Shown here: one piece after another, positions 12,513 through 24,723 of the stretch
Layout of the letters: each line of letters starts with the position of its first letter
Numbering within the stretch: the first letter of the stretch is position 1
Assembly (NCBI GenBank): GCA_030770535.1
Contig: JASVEC010000002.1
Span: 62,001 to 126,000, forward strand
Source: Batkoa obscura
Lineage: Eukaryota
DNA length: 64,000 nt
Reading direction: 5' to 3'
Position numbers and translations under genes: made by a program
The notes under the pieces: generated by a model
What the model was told of the DNA's origin: nothing
Databases searched by the model: none
Seen by the model: the letters and a program-made list of their open reading frames with translations, nothing else

Positions 12513-14690
12513 TTTAAAAAAAATAAAATCATTAAAGGGAATCACTTATAGTTTATAAGGAAAATAGACCTTTTTCTATTTGTATTTATGGGCTTGTTTT
12601 TATTCAATCTCATAACTTATTTTTATGGAATAAATTATAATTAAAGCTTATTGATTTGATTGCTTAAATTTTAGCTAAAAGAACTAGCTAATAAGAATCA
12701 GTGCTACTTTGGCTCTGTCTTGCAAAGGGTAAGTTTACATCAAAAATTCAATGATATTCTATTCTTAACTACGTTGCATAAAATTTAAATCTAAAAAAAG
12801 ATACACGATCATATTATGCAATTTTTTCAATAAATAAGCTTACTGTTTTATTTATAATTAAAGTTTGTATTGATAATTTAGCTATTTAAAAATAATTTTT
12901 ATATAGTTTATCATGGCTTATATTTTTATATGTATTGAATTTAATATAAGTCTAAAATTAACTGCATAATTAAATAAGTAAATGATTATAACGAAATCAA
13001 AGATTCTTTTATTGTTTACGTTTGTCCTCTACTCTATTTTTTAATAAATATTTTCTAATGATTTTGTCACATTTAAAATATATAAAGCAAATTTTAAAAC
13101 TAAATGGAAATTTTAAGTAAAATTCATTTTCATTAAAAATTAGCATTCTTGTTCTAGTCTTTACAGATAACTTAATTAAGTAAAAATTGAATTAAGGATC
13201 AATTTTTATTTCATACTATAGAATCATTTTAATATAACTCTCAAATTCGTAATATTATTTATCCCTTCTGTTTTATCATTTATCTAAACTTTACCATTAT
13301 GCTATTTATAAATCAAAATTAGATGATAATAACGAAAACGGGAAATTATGGGCTTCATCTCCTTTCTACTAATCCTTCTTCTAAATTTTATCGTTTTAAT
13401 AAACCACTTTAGAGCCCTGTTCTCTCAGGAATATAATAATAATTTTAACGTTACCTGTATAATAATAATATTCTATCCTATTATTTCTATATGATAGCTA
13501 TACTTTTATCTTTTATCTATTAAAGAGTTATTGATGTTTACTTATATAATGTTAATTTGTTAATGTATTAACAAATATCGATAGTTGTCAATATTGTAAT
13601 TGGTAATTCATAAACTTACAGAACACCAAATTATTGAAATGAGCACAACTTTTTGTACTTATCCTTTTGACATTTTTATTTTTTAAATGGTAAATTTGAG
13701 AAACTTCTAAAAGAATAAAACTTCATTAACTTTCTGTTGTACTTGGTAATTTTAGTAAAATTTCATCTTTTACCTCAAATAAACCCTGATTTGTATATCA
13801 TGTTATTTCAGCTAACTAGGAATTCAATACATTCTTTTATTTGTAAAAGTACTAAAAGTATGCCAAACTCAATTTTACTTGGGATAGCTTGCGGTGAAAG
13901 TTTAGCTATACTTAACGAAGCACCACAACAAATAAGCAGCAATATTGCTATTGTGGTTGATATAATTATTACGCGAAAAAAGTAAAAAAGTTTTGGCTTT
14001 TTTGAATTATGGTTTCTTAAAGAATAATTCTTGTTTAGATCTTTATTGCTATAATGATACATGATATTGAAAACAGCTCTAAATACTAACATACAGCTGT
14101 TACAACTCTTTTGAAATCTAGAAAATTCTTTATTTAAGAGAAATAGTTATGTTAAGATTCGTCTAAATTAAGGATCAAGTTATAAAAAAATCGGCTATAT
14201 AAATAAATTGACTATAAAAATTACCACCAAAAAGTCCCAAAAGAGCTGTGGCAACTGTAAAAAATAAATCATATTTTACAGCTTTAATTAATAGTCTAAC
14301 TTAATTGGTTGAGACTAATTCGGAAATAAGCTTAGCGTCAGATTTAACTCAACACTGTCGGAATATATGAACCCCATTAGAGCGGGCCAATAAACATAAT
14401 CCAATTTAATAATATAGAAAAGCTGAGATTAGATACTACCAATTTTAGCACATTATCAAACCTGGGCTATTAATAAAGACATCATCCCTTAATTAAAAAG
14501 TAAATTGAACTTCGGAATTTCAACCGGGTTAAAATTCAAACATAAAGTGTTCTTAGTATCTTTTTATCTTTTTAACTTAAATCAATTAATCTTTTAATCA
14601 AAATTTTAACCAAAGCTAAATAGCTGTATAACATTAAAAGTAACAGAAACTAACAGACTACTGTCGTCTTTATTTATGTATCATTTTTAA

Positions 14691-15648
14691 ATGGGGTCTA
14701 ATAATAGCAATAAAAAAAGTGAAAAATTACCCCCAATATTTAGTCCAACTAGTACTACCTCTTATTCCAAAGTTCCAACCACGTCTATCTCTTTACCATC
14801 AATTAACTCTTTGATTCCTTCATCTAATAATTTAGAAAGATCAATTTATTTACAAGATAGTAATCCCACTTTCAATATCAATGGTTTAATTTCAAGAGAT
14901 AATACCCACTTTCAACAGCCTTCTGCTCAATCAGTAATTTGTTTTATTCTGTTTTATTAAATACTAATTGAACTATTAGGCAAGATCAAACTCACTCATA
15001 CCACTTGATGATTCGCATTGGAGAAACAATGCTCCTTTAATAAAGAAATTGGTCGACTATACACCTCGAACAAGGAGAAAAACAGCGCCTGTGGAAGCCC
15101 ATCTGAACCTAAGCCCAGATTCAATTGAGAAGCGAAGAAAGAATGCGGAAGCATCATCTAAGTCACGAGTAAGAAGAAGGATTCGAGAAGTACAACTATT
15201 TGAAAGGAATCACGAGCTTGAAACTACAGCTGATAAATTACGCGAAGAGAATAGTACGTTACACGAAAACGTAGCTAATTTGATTGAAGAAAACTCCAGG
15301 TTAAAATTGGAATTAATTAAATGTCAAAACAGTAACAACAAAAACAATAATAATAATAATAGTAACAATAATAACAATAGGGATGTCAATAATAGTATCA
15401 ATCTGATGAGTACCAATTCAATTGCTAGTAGCTTGTTGTTAGCCAAAAACGCAAATATTACTAGGCTACCACCACATGAATTGAACACCAAAGAAAGCCA
15501 AATCCAATATATCTCTATTTTACAAGAACGATGTAGTAAACTTGAAGAAGAGTTAAAGCAAACGAATTTTAATAACCAACGATTAAAGGATCACCTAAAC
15601 AGTATAAGTTCTTGGGTTGAGGACTTGGGTAGAAAATCAGAAAAATAA
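14691..15648 (+). CDS. bZIP transcription factor (exons 14691-14933 and 14980-15648)
   Basis: GTAATT...CTAAT...TAG intron 14934-14979 joins the ORFs in frame; basic region KRRKNAEASSKSRVRRR followed by a leucine zipper; poly-Asn tract. Confidence 0.85.
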
Positions 15649-16930
15649 GACGAAATATAGAATTAATTAGTATCAAGAATTCTACCACATATTGGTTTTT
15701 TTAACTTTTTTAGTTCCATTTATAGCTTTTTAATTATTTCTATTAAATTATTTCATTTAGCTCTATTTTGATATTTCTGCTTGATTTTTTTTTGTTTTAT
15801 TACTTATATTTAATCCCATTCATTAGGTTATTCATAACATTTATTATTGTTATAAAGGCAATGTTGAGTTATGGTATTATATATTTTACATACACAATAG
15901 AAGTAATTTACATAAAATATCAAAACATAAAATAAGGTATAAGAAATTATTATTAGAAGCTAAGCTATTACTTATTATTATAGGACCTGAGTTATTTTTC
16001 GAGAAAACCTTATTTAGGTGAATATAATAAATTGTTTCACTTTGTAATATTAAATATGACGATTGAAGTGGGAAAAAATACAAGCTTTAAACTTGATGAA
16101 CATTTAACTTTACCAGAATCTTAGAAGTAATTATACTATATATATAATACATTGCATATAAAAAACTAGTTTAATAGCAATTGGGCTATTAACGGCTAAA
16201 TTATAATGATTTTTTAGAAAAGTATACGATCAAAGTAATGTTTATTTAACACATTGTTATCAGGAAACGTATTGATACTTCTCTTTAAGCAACAGTTGGT
16301 ATGAATTTTTGTCATACAAAAGGTTTAAACCAATCAATATAACCTTTTGAAAGAGTATAAAGTCAAGTTTATTAATTGTTTTTTTTGTATGAATAAAGCT
16401 AAGTTGCTGAACATGAAAAAGATCGCTTGATAATAATGTGTTAAAAAGTAAAAACAATCAAAGGTCATGAGGGTAAAGAACCATAAAAGGATGAATTAAA
16501 CATAAGCCAATGTATTATCGGAAATAAAAGTAGATAGCCCAGAGAACCTTTTAGTAAGAAACTTATTTCTTTTAGATTCCTTTGCTTTAAAAATGAGAGG
16601 AAAAATATGTTAGCTAAAGCTGCTTTCTGTTCAGAAATAAAAATTTAAATTAAAAAAAAATACATTATGATCAAAATCAACCTTACAATATTGATAATAA
16701 ATAGTTCAACTAACTCTTATTTGATTTAAGCTTAGATGAACAAACAACAAGTATTGTTCAACTTTATAATAATTATTCTATAAATCTTTTGTAAATAAAG
16801 TTAAAATTCACAGTTATAAACCTGAAATAACCCCAGATTATTGACTTTGTAGCAATTTGGAAGATAATCAAAGTTTATTTTCAATCTTATTTTTATTTTG
16901 TTTAAAATATATAATTTGATTAATATATAT

Positions 16931-17022
16931 AAAAGTATTTTTTTCATTACTTTTTCAATTTTTTAAATGCCATTTGAGCGGAAAGATTGTAGTAAAATTC
17001 TTAAACAGAAGAATACATTCCC
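16931..17022 (-). mobile_element. MITE family A copy
   Basis: Reverse match with one eroded end; ATAT flanks. Confidence 0.75.
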
Positions 17023-17359
17023 ATATATTTAAATAGAATTATAATATAAATAATAGGACTTATTAAATATATAATTTCAAAAAAATAATAATTTTAGTTT
17101 ATATTGTTATAGTATACAATATATAATTCGGTGTTTAAAACCTGGTTGCTTTATATCAATTATAAAAAATTAAAAGTTATGAAAAAATATCATAATAATT
17201 TATTAAAAAATATTTAAAATATAAAGTTATATAATAATAATAATAATATAATTAAAAAATGAATATTTGTAGTAAAACATCATTCAACATAGCTAAAAAA
17301 TAAAAGTATTCTATAACAAAAAGTTAAGAGTATAAGTGAAGTTTAAAATTTAACTATAT

Positions 17360-17557
17360 GTGTATGTATTTTTTTGTTTAAGGATTTATTAACAATTTTT
17401 CCACTTGAACAGCGCTTAAAAATGGAAAAAGTGATGAAATCAAAAAAGATTCCCAATATAGTAATGTTTTTTTTGGTTTTATCACTTTTTCCATTTTTTA
17501 AATGCTACATGAATGGAAAGATTATTGTAAAATCCTTAAACAAAAAAATACATACAC
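17360..17557. mobile_element. Two MITE family A copies in inverted orientation (17360-17454 + and 17461-17557 -)
   Basis: Both match the consensus; outer 31 bp (17357-17387 / 17530-17560) are perfectly complementary. Confidence 0.85.
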
Positions 17558-17848
17558 ATACAATAAAGTATAAAAATGTATAAACTGATTTCAGAATCTT
17601 ATTAGAAGTTAGTTTAAACTTTAATCTTTAATACATAATTAGTTAAATTTAAGAAGCTTAAAGTTAAATCTTTTTATTTAGTTTAGGAAATTTATTTCAA
17701 TTATTCATTTTTTTTTAAACACTTAACTTTTTTACTTGTATGTTTTACATTATCAAATGCTTAATAATTATATAGTGTATAAATATATAATTGTTTGACT
17801 TTATTTTTCATTGAGATAAAATAAAAATAAAACGGAAGCTTTTATAGT

Positions 17849-18340
17849 TGTGAAATCTGGTATTTAATGGTTGGAATTAAAAGTAGCCCTTTCTTGATCG
17901 ACTATACTATAAGTCGAAAGGTCTTAGTTTATGTGACTAATGTAGACTTGAATTATGAAGAATAGCACATGATATGCTACGGACTATATAAGACAAATAT
18001 AATAGATAATACTAATGTAAAATCTACATAAAATGGAGGTGTTTTTTTTTATTTCATTACTTTTTCTATCTTTTAAGCACTATTTGAGTAGAAAAATTGT
18101 TAGTAAAATTCTTAAACACAAAAATACATCCCCAAATACTGATATAAAGATTTAGTGGCTTTGTGAAAGTATAAGGTATCAAAACGAGGAGATAATCCCC
18201 TTCGGAATCACATGACAAAAACTTTCATAGCAAATCAAAATGAGAGTTTAGTATTGATAGTGGTTGAGTTCGAGAACACAATAACTTAAGTGATTGCTAT
18301 ATTATAATCAATCATCGAGCTGACAAAGCGATATTCCACA
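17849..18340 (+). mobile_element. Family B element (TGTGAAATC...GATATTCCACA), internally deleted, carrying a nested MITE
   Basis: Similar to the copies at 43104, 57112 and 62413; TGT...ACA termini with a short inverted repeat. Confidence 0.8.
18035..18133 (-). mobile_element. MITE family A copy nested in family B
   Basis: AAAT duplicated on both sides; other B copies show the empty site. Confidence 0.92.
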
Positions 18341-18357
18341 ATTATTATCTAGTATCT

Positions 18358-18454
18358 GGGGATGTATTTTTGTGTTTAAAAATTTTACTAACAATTTTTC
18401 CGCTTAAATAGCGCTTAAAAATGGAAAAAATAATGAAGTCAAAAAAACACTCCC
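18358..18454 (+). mobile_element. MITE family A copy
   Basis: Full length; ATCT on both flanks. Confidence 0.9.
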
Positions 18455-18632
18455 ATCTGATAAATCAAAAAATCTAATATAATTCCAATTAAAGCTATAA
18501 AAGTCTATAAAAGACAGAAAAACAAAAGATCAACCCCAGCTTATCTCATAAAGATAACAGAAAATTAAAAAGTTTGATATTTGCTAAGCAAACAAGTAGT
18601 TTATTAGATGATAAAAATCAATTGTTAAATGT

Positions 18633-19096
18633 TATGAAATATCGCTTTGTCAGTCCCATGGTTAATTATAACATAACAATCGCCTAAGCTGTTGTGTTCT
18701 CGAGTTCAGAGGAAATCAATCCCATGTTCTTAGTTTGATTTGATATGAGAATTTCTATCTTCGTCTCAAAGAATATTCTCCCCTTGTCTTGATATTTATA
18801 CTTATCGGAGTATTAAAGAGATTCTAAAACATAATAGCTCGAGGCTTTTTAACTGAATTATTCCCTGATATCTCGAACATTTAATAAAGCCACTAAGTTT
18901 TCTTAATAGTATTTTACGTAGATTTTACATTAGTATTGTCTATTCTATCTGTCTTATGTAGCTTGTAACCTATTACGTGCTATTCCTCATAATCCAAGTC
19001 TATCTTAGTCACATAAACTAAGACCTTTCGACTTATAATGTAGTCAACCCAGCAATAGCTGTTCTTGACTCCAAACCCTGAGTATCAGATTTCACA
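18633..19096 (-). mobile_element. Family B element, full length, reverse orientation
   Basis: Reverse complement of the 43104 and 57112 copies; flanks ATGT/GTGT. Confidence 0.85.
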
Positions 19097-19170
19097 GTGT
19101 TAATATTACTTGAATTGTTAATAAATCAATTAATAAATGAAAGTTATTAATATATTATTTATATTATACA

Positions 19171-19264
19171 AGGATGGTTAATTATAGTTTTGAGGCTAAT
19201 CGCCTATCTCCCATATAGCTATCTATTAACTTAGTGATATATTAATAATATAATTATAATATTA

Positions 19265-19302
<38 letters not shown>

Positions 19303-19514
19303 GTAGCAAATATGCAATATTGGCTATAAAGCAGCCAATAACAAATATTTCTCAGTGAAGTTTTATAGAAATCTATATTTATTGACATACTATAACTTTG
19401 ATTAATATCAATATTGATATATAGGTTACATTAGTAAAACCCATGCTAATATGGGAATTTCTATTAAATTTAGTAGAAATTCTATTAACTTGTAATATAA
19501 ATTATAACAAAACA
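19171..19514 (+). repeat. Family C dispersed repeat (older; homologous to 57575-58077)
   Basis: Colinear similarity, e.g. GGATGGTTAATTATAGTTTTG, TTGGCTATAAA, ATATAGGTTACATTAGTAAAA, AATATAAATTATAA. Confidence 0.75.
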
Positions 19515-20793
19515 ATTTAAAATTGGGTATAAGAATGAAACTAATTTGAACACTCCTATATAAGTTTTAATATAAAAATAAAGAATAATAATATTTGAAT
19601 AATTAAAATATAGAATATAAGGTATAAGATTAGTTTTTATAGTTTGCATTACTTGACTAAATTACTTAAAACTGTTTTAAAAGTTTAAATAAATTTTAAA
19701 AGTTGATTTACATAAATTATATTATTTAAAAAATGTTTTTAATTAGGATATGGGATGATTTTTTTGACTTCATTACTTTTCTTAGCAATTAAAATTAAAG
19801 CCTGTTTCAAATTAAATAGTTAATTATAAGTCAATAGATCTTAATTTATGTAAATAAAATAAATCTGGATTACAAAAAATAGCATATAATAAGCTATGAA
19901 CTATATAAAATAAAAAGCATAACTATATAGTCTGTGTAAAACATTTATAAAAAAACAGCTTTATTAAAAATATAATTTTAAAAAATTATTTAAAAACTAT
20001 TTGGGTAAAAAAGCTATTAATAAAATTTTAAAATAAAAAATATGGCTTTAATTACTTTTAATCTTTAACTTTTAGATCATTTTTAAATTTTATTTTATCT
20101 TATTTTATTTAATACTACATATTATTATTTACAGTTACATACTATTTTTATGCTCTTTGTTTACTAAAATTGAATATTTAGCCTAGTCAAGTTATAAAAT
20201 TTCAAATATTTTGTTTATAAAATTTAGTTAATTAAAAATTAGAAAACTTTATTTTCGAAAGTTTCAAAATACTTTGCTTCTAAACAACTAATCCTCTTTT
20301 TCAATATAATAAACCTTGCAACTAAATTCAATTAAAATTTCTAAGTTCAAAATCATGTCTTTTAAAATAAGATTTCTGTCAAAAGTTTGAATACGTTATA
20401 ATTTTTGGATCTTTTAATTTGAGATTCTCAGCAGATAATTTGAGATTTCAAATTTGGAAATTATATCACTAATCAATCAAGTGAGATCCTACTGTACTTA
20501 AATTCCAAATCTACCAGTTAAATCTCACACATTTTATTATGTTCTATTTTATTAGTATATGACATTATGTATAAACATACTGAAAGTATTGTTTGTAAAA
20601 TGATAATATATTGGAGCTATATTAACACTAATTTAGTATAATTTTAATTAAAACAATAAAATAAATAATGACATTAAAAATAAATTGCTTTTTATAGTAT
20701 TATTAACACTAATAATGATATCAGATATTATAGTGACATCAATAATAAAATTTAGTGCCATTATTATCATAAGTAAAATTACGACTATTATAT

Positions 20794-21010
20794 GGGGATG
20801 TATTTTTCTATTTAAGAATTTTATTAATAATCTTTCTACTCAAATAGTGCTTAAAAGATAGAAAAAGTAATAAAACGAAAAAAAACATCCTCATATATCA
20901 AAGTACCATATGAGGATGTATTTTTGTATTTGAGGATTTTACTAACAATTTTTCTACTAAAATAGCGCTTGAAAGGTGGAAAAAATAATGAAGTCAAAAA
21001 AAACACCCCC
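20794..21010 (+). mobile_element. Two MITE family A copies in direct orientation (20794-20892 and 20912-21010)
   Basis: Each full length with its own ATAT flanks. Confidence 0.9.
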
Positions 21011-22024
21011 ATATATAAGATTTAAGTGATAGATTTAAAAATTAAAAATTATAGGATTTTATCTTATGCGATTTAGCGTGATTACTAAAAAAGTAAATAT
21101 CGATTAAAATGCATCTTGTATTAATTTGATCGATGGCCAATAATATCATAGTATATTTTTTATAATGAAAGTCGTATTTTATTGGTTTGGTTTCTGACTC
21201 CCTTATTAAATTATCAAATTAATTGCAAAGCTATTAGAAGGGACTTATCATATAAAGGCAAGCTGATTCTATTCAATAGTCTATAGTTGATATTTGATAT
21301 GTTAGAAGAGTTAAAAACACATTATTGGTATAGTTTTGTAAATCATATACTCGAGAGGAAAGTTTGGCAATTTGAATTTAGAAGAATGTTTATTAAGTGG
21401 GGTTTGGGGCTTGTAAACTCAAGATAGTGTTAGAATATTAAGAGGAGTGGAACTAAATTTTATTCTAAAACTTTTTATTTACGTGGTTTAGGATTTATTT
21501 TAATCTAGATTTAAAGATTAGAAGACTATATAAACTTTAAGTATATATAAGTTAAACTTATAAAAAAGTATTAAATATTCCGTGATAATCAAATTATTAC
21601 ATGTGTTAAAATAATTCTAATAGTCTATATTACTATTTTATTGATATATCAACTATACCATTATTAAAATTTAATAATAAAATGAATAGCAGTAATATTT
21701 TGTAAGCATAAATTTTATAATGAATCGTGTTACTTTTGTAACCATTAAATTTTCAATTGCTTCAATGAAATAAAAGATGACGCAGATAATGATCTAATTG
21801 CAACACCGTATACTTACCATATTTAACTTAATATTCACTTTTATTAAGTTTAAGCCAAACAATATGAACCATTCAGCTATAATTAGCATTATAAATTTTT
21901 TTATCAACCAATAAAAAGAGCACGGCCAAATATTATAAAGGTTGGAAAAAATAATAGTAACTACATAAAAGATATAAAAGATTAGTTCACGACTTCTTTT
22001 TTATAAAACAGACAAAAATTTCAA

Positions 22025-22927
22025 ATGGCCTATAATCCATCCGCTGGTGCAAATACTCCAAGTAGTAATGATTCTTATCAAGAAACATTAAGAAAGCAAC
22101 AAGAAGTTCAACAACAACAATTACAAGCTCAAATTGATCAACAAAATCAAATTATTAATAATCATAATGAAAGTATTAAACAACATCAACAACAACAACT
22201 TGATCATTTAAAGAATCAAGGTGGTTATAATAGTGGTAATAATGATTCAAGTTCAAGCTCAAATAACAACAATAATAACTCAAGCTCTAACAATAACAAT
22301 AATAATAATAACAATGATAGTTATAAGCCATCCGAAAATAAGGTGCAACAAGAGCAACAACATGATAATAATAATAACAATAATAATAACAATAATAATA
22401 ACAATGATGAAAAGAAAAATGAAAATGAGCAAGAGAATGGAGAAGAGGATCAAAATCAAGGTTGGAAGGTAATTAATAATAAAAAATAATAATGATAAAT
22501 AATAATAATAATAAATAATAATAAATTTTTATCTAAATTTTATCTAAATTAGATTGCTGCAGGTGTTGGTGGTGGATTATTAGCTGCAGGTGCCGCTGCT
22601 GCTGGTGGTTATATGTTAAATCAACATCTTAAAAAGAATAAAGCTCAAGAAGAAGAAGCTGCTTATAAACAAAATCAAGTTAAAATGCAAAGTAGTAATA
22701 CTCCAGGATATGCTTCTAATTCTACTCAATCTGGTAACCACGGTAATCAATCTTCAGGCTATGGTAACCAATCTTCAGGACAACAGAGTTACGGAAACCA
22801 ATCTTCTGGTTATGGCAATCAATCTTCAGGTAATCAAGGACAACAAGGTTATGGCAACCAAGGACAGCAAGGTTATGGTAATCAAGGACAACAAGGTTAT
22901 GGTAATCAAGGACAAGGTCGTTATTAA
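22025..22927 (+). CDS. Q/N-rich protein with glycine-zipper hydrophobic segment and G/Y/N/Q oligopeptide repeats (intron 22469-22552)
   Basis: In-frame splice WK|IAAGVGGGLLAAGAAAAGGYML; C-terminal GYGNQSSG and QGYGNQGQ repeats; homologous to 29193-30138. Confidence 0.75.
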
Positions 22928-23379
22928 GTAAAACATAATAATGAATTAAAATAATAAAATAAAAATATAATAACCAGTTCATTTATTCGGATTAGTATTT
23001 AAGATTTTTTTAGAATCATCAATGGTAAACAGGTAAAATACATCGATTGAAAAAATAAGTAATAAAAATAAATCAATTCTAGTTCATTTAAAACTCATTT
23101 CGTGTTTTATTAGTTGGTAGCAAATAAAACTATACATGTTAATAATAATATTAAATAAATGATAATAATAATTAGATTTATTTTTGAACATTTCAACTAT
23201 AAGAATTATTATTGGTGATTAAAGATGTGATAAAAACAGAGTTATTGTAATAAGTTGATTTGTTTTAAACTCATATTTAAGATTCTTTAGATCCATTTTT
23301 AATAAGTAAACATATAAAAATAGTTTTTTTATTTGAAAATTTTATCGAAAAATCTTTCACTTATATATTAATAAAAGAC

Positions 23380-23475
23380 GGGGTGTATTTTTGTGTTTAA
23401 GGATTCTACTAACAATATTTCTATTCAAATAGTGCTTAAAAGACAGAGAAAGTGATGAAATCAGAAAACATCTCC
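23380..23475 (+). mobile_element. MITE family A copy
   Basis: Full-length match; no clean target duplication. Confidence 0.8.
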
Positions 23476-23841
23476 AAATATAAAAAAAGGATTTAATTCT
23501 ATAATAGTAACAAAATCTAGTGATCAAATAATAAAATCAAAAAAGTGATTTATTTGAAATATATATTTAAAAATTTTAATATTATTAATACTAAATAATA
23601 GATATATAAAAAACAAACTTATAATATAACAATAAGAAATAATAATGATTTCATATTAATTTCATTTTAGAAACAAAAATGTAAAATTGCTATCAAAAAT
23701 AAGAAAACAATAACAAAAAAAATGAATTTTATTTGAAGCTCATATTTAATCTACTTTAGTATGAATTGTTCTTGATTTTTGAAAAGTAAGTCAGAAACAA
23801 AAAATATCATGTTATTTATTTCCATTTCTCTCCTCATTCTT

Positions 23842-24039
23842 CTATTCCTTTTGATTGTTATTATTATTATTAGGTACTGGTACATCCGAAAAGTCGTCTT
23901 GTTTGACTGCTTTCATAGAATAAAAAAAGATGGAAGTAGAAAACAATACTAAAGATAAACCTAATAATTGATTTTTATATCGATATTTTTTACTCGCTCT
24001 TTCTAATACTGTTTCATATGTTTTTCCAAGATTCTTCAT
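23842..24039 (-). CDS. COA3: Cytochrome c oxidase assembly factor 3 (Coa3/CCDC56 family)
   Basis: 65 aa with RA..KY..KN, one TM helix and the YSMKAVKQDDFSDV motif typical of Coa3. Confidence 0.8.
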   Translation of the reverse strand: MKNLGKTYETVLERASKKYRYKNQLLGLSLVLFSTSIFFYSMKAVKQDDFSDVPVPNNNNNNQKE

Positions 24040-24723
24040 GATTTCAAAAAGTTAAAAGGTCAAATTGTTGATTTTTGGTTTTTAAAGTTAAGTTTTTTCT
24101 AGATGGAAATTGATTGGTTGTTGATAGAATATTAAAAAAAGTTGTTGGCTTAGTTGATGAATGAATTAGGTAGTGTATACAAAGTAGAAAGTTTCAGCTA
24201 TATTATTATATAGAAAACAATTCTAACTATATAGAATATTAATAAAGATTAAGAAAGTTCCATCTATTTTATAAAGAAATAATTATTTCTTTTTATAATT
24301 TTAAAAAATACGTCAATAACGCTTAAGTTTATGATATTCTTTTTTTGATTTTAATATGTTAATAACTTTTCTTAAATTTTATGTTGCATAAAAATAGATC
24401 AAAAAATACTAACTTTCAATTCTCATTTTCTTTTAATTTTTAATGTGCTTTTTTATAGTCTAAGTTTTTAAGCCGCAGAAAAAAATGGAGAACAAATAAA
24501 ACTATTGTAACTCTATTATGACTTAATTAACTATTGATTTAAGAATAAAATTTTACTTTATTAGCTAAAATTCAATAATCAAGTCTTATAAAAATCAAAT
24601 AAGTCAAAGATAGCTCTAAAAATCCTCGCAAATTATATTATAATAGAATTAGAATATCTGCAATAAAAATAAAATCTCGAAAAACAAAAGCAAAATTTGA
24701 ACTATATTGAATTTTGTTTTAAG

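Noticed and set aside
13737..14092. Overlapping 82-aa and 94-aa ORFs with a hydrophobic stretch
   Set aside because: Non-ATG starts, no recognisable motif and no convincing splice structure; cannot support as a gene
17374..17583. Short ORFs with recurring peptides such as MEKVMK.KK (17374, 32558, 46193, 50002)
   Set aside because: They are translations of MITE family A copies, not genes
19269..19302. (ATTT)n and other microsatellites (about 2069, 26652, 51587, 53776, 58563)
   Set aside because: Ordinary slippage repeats expected in very AT-rich DNA
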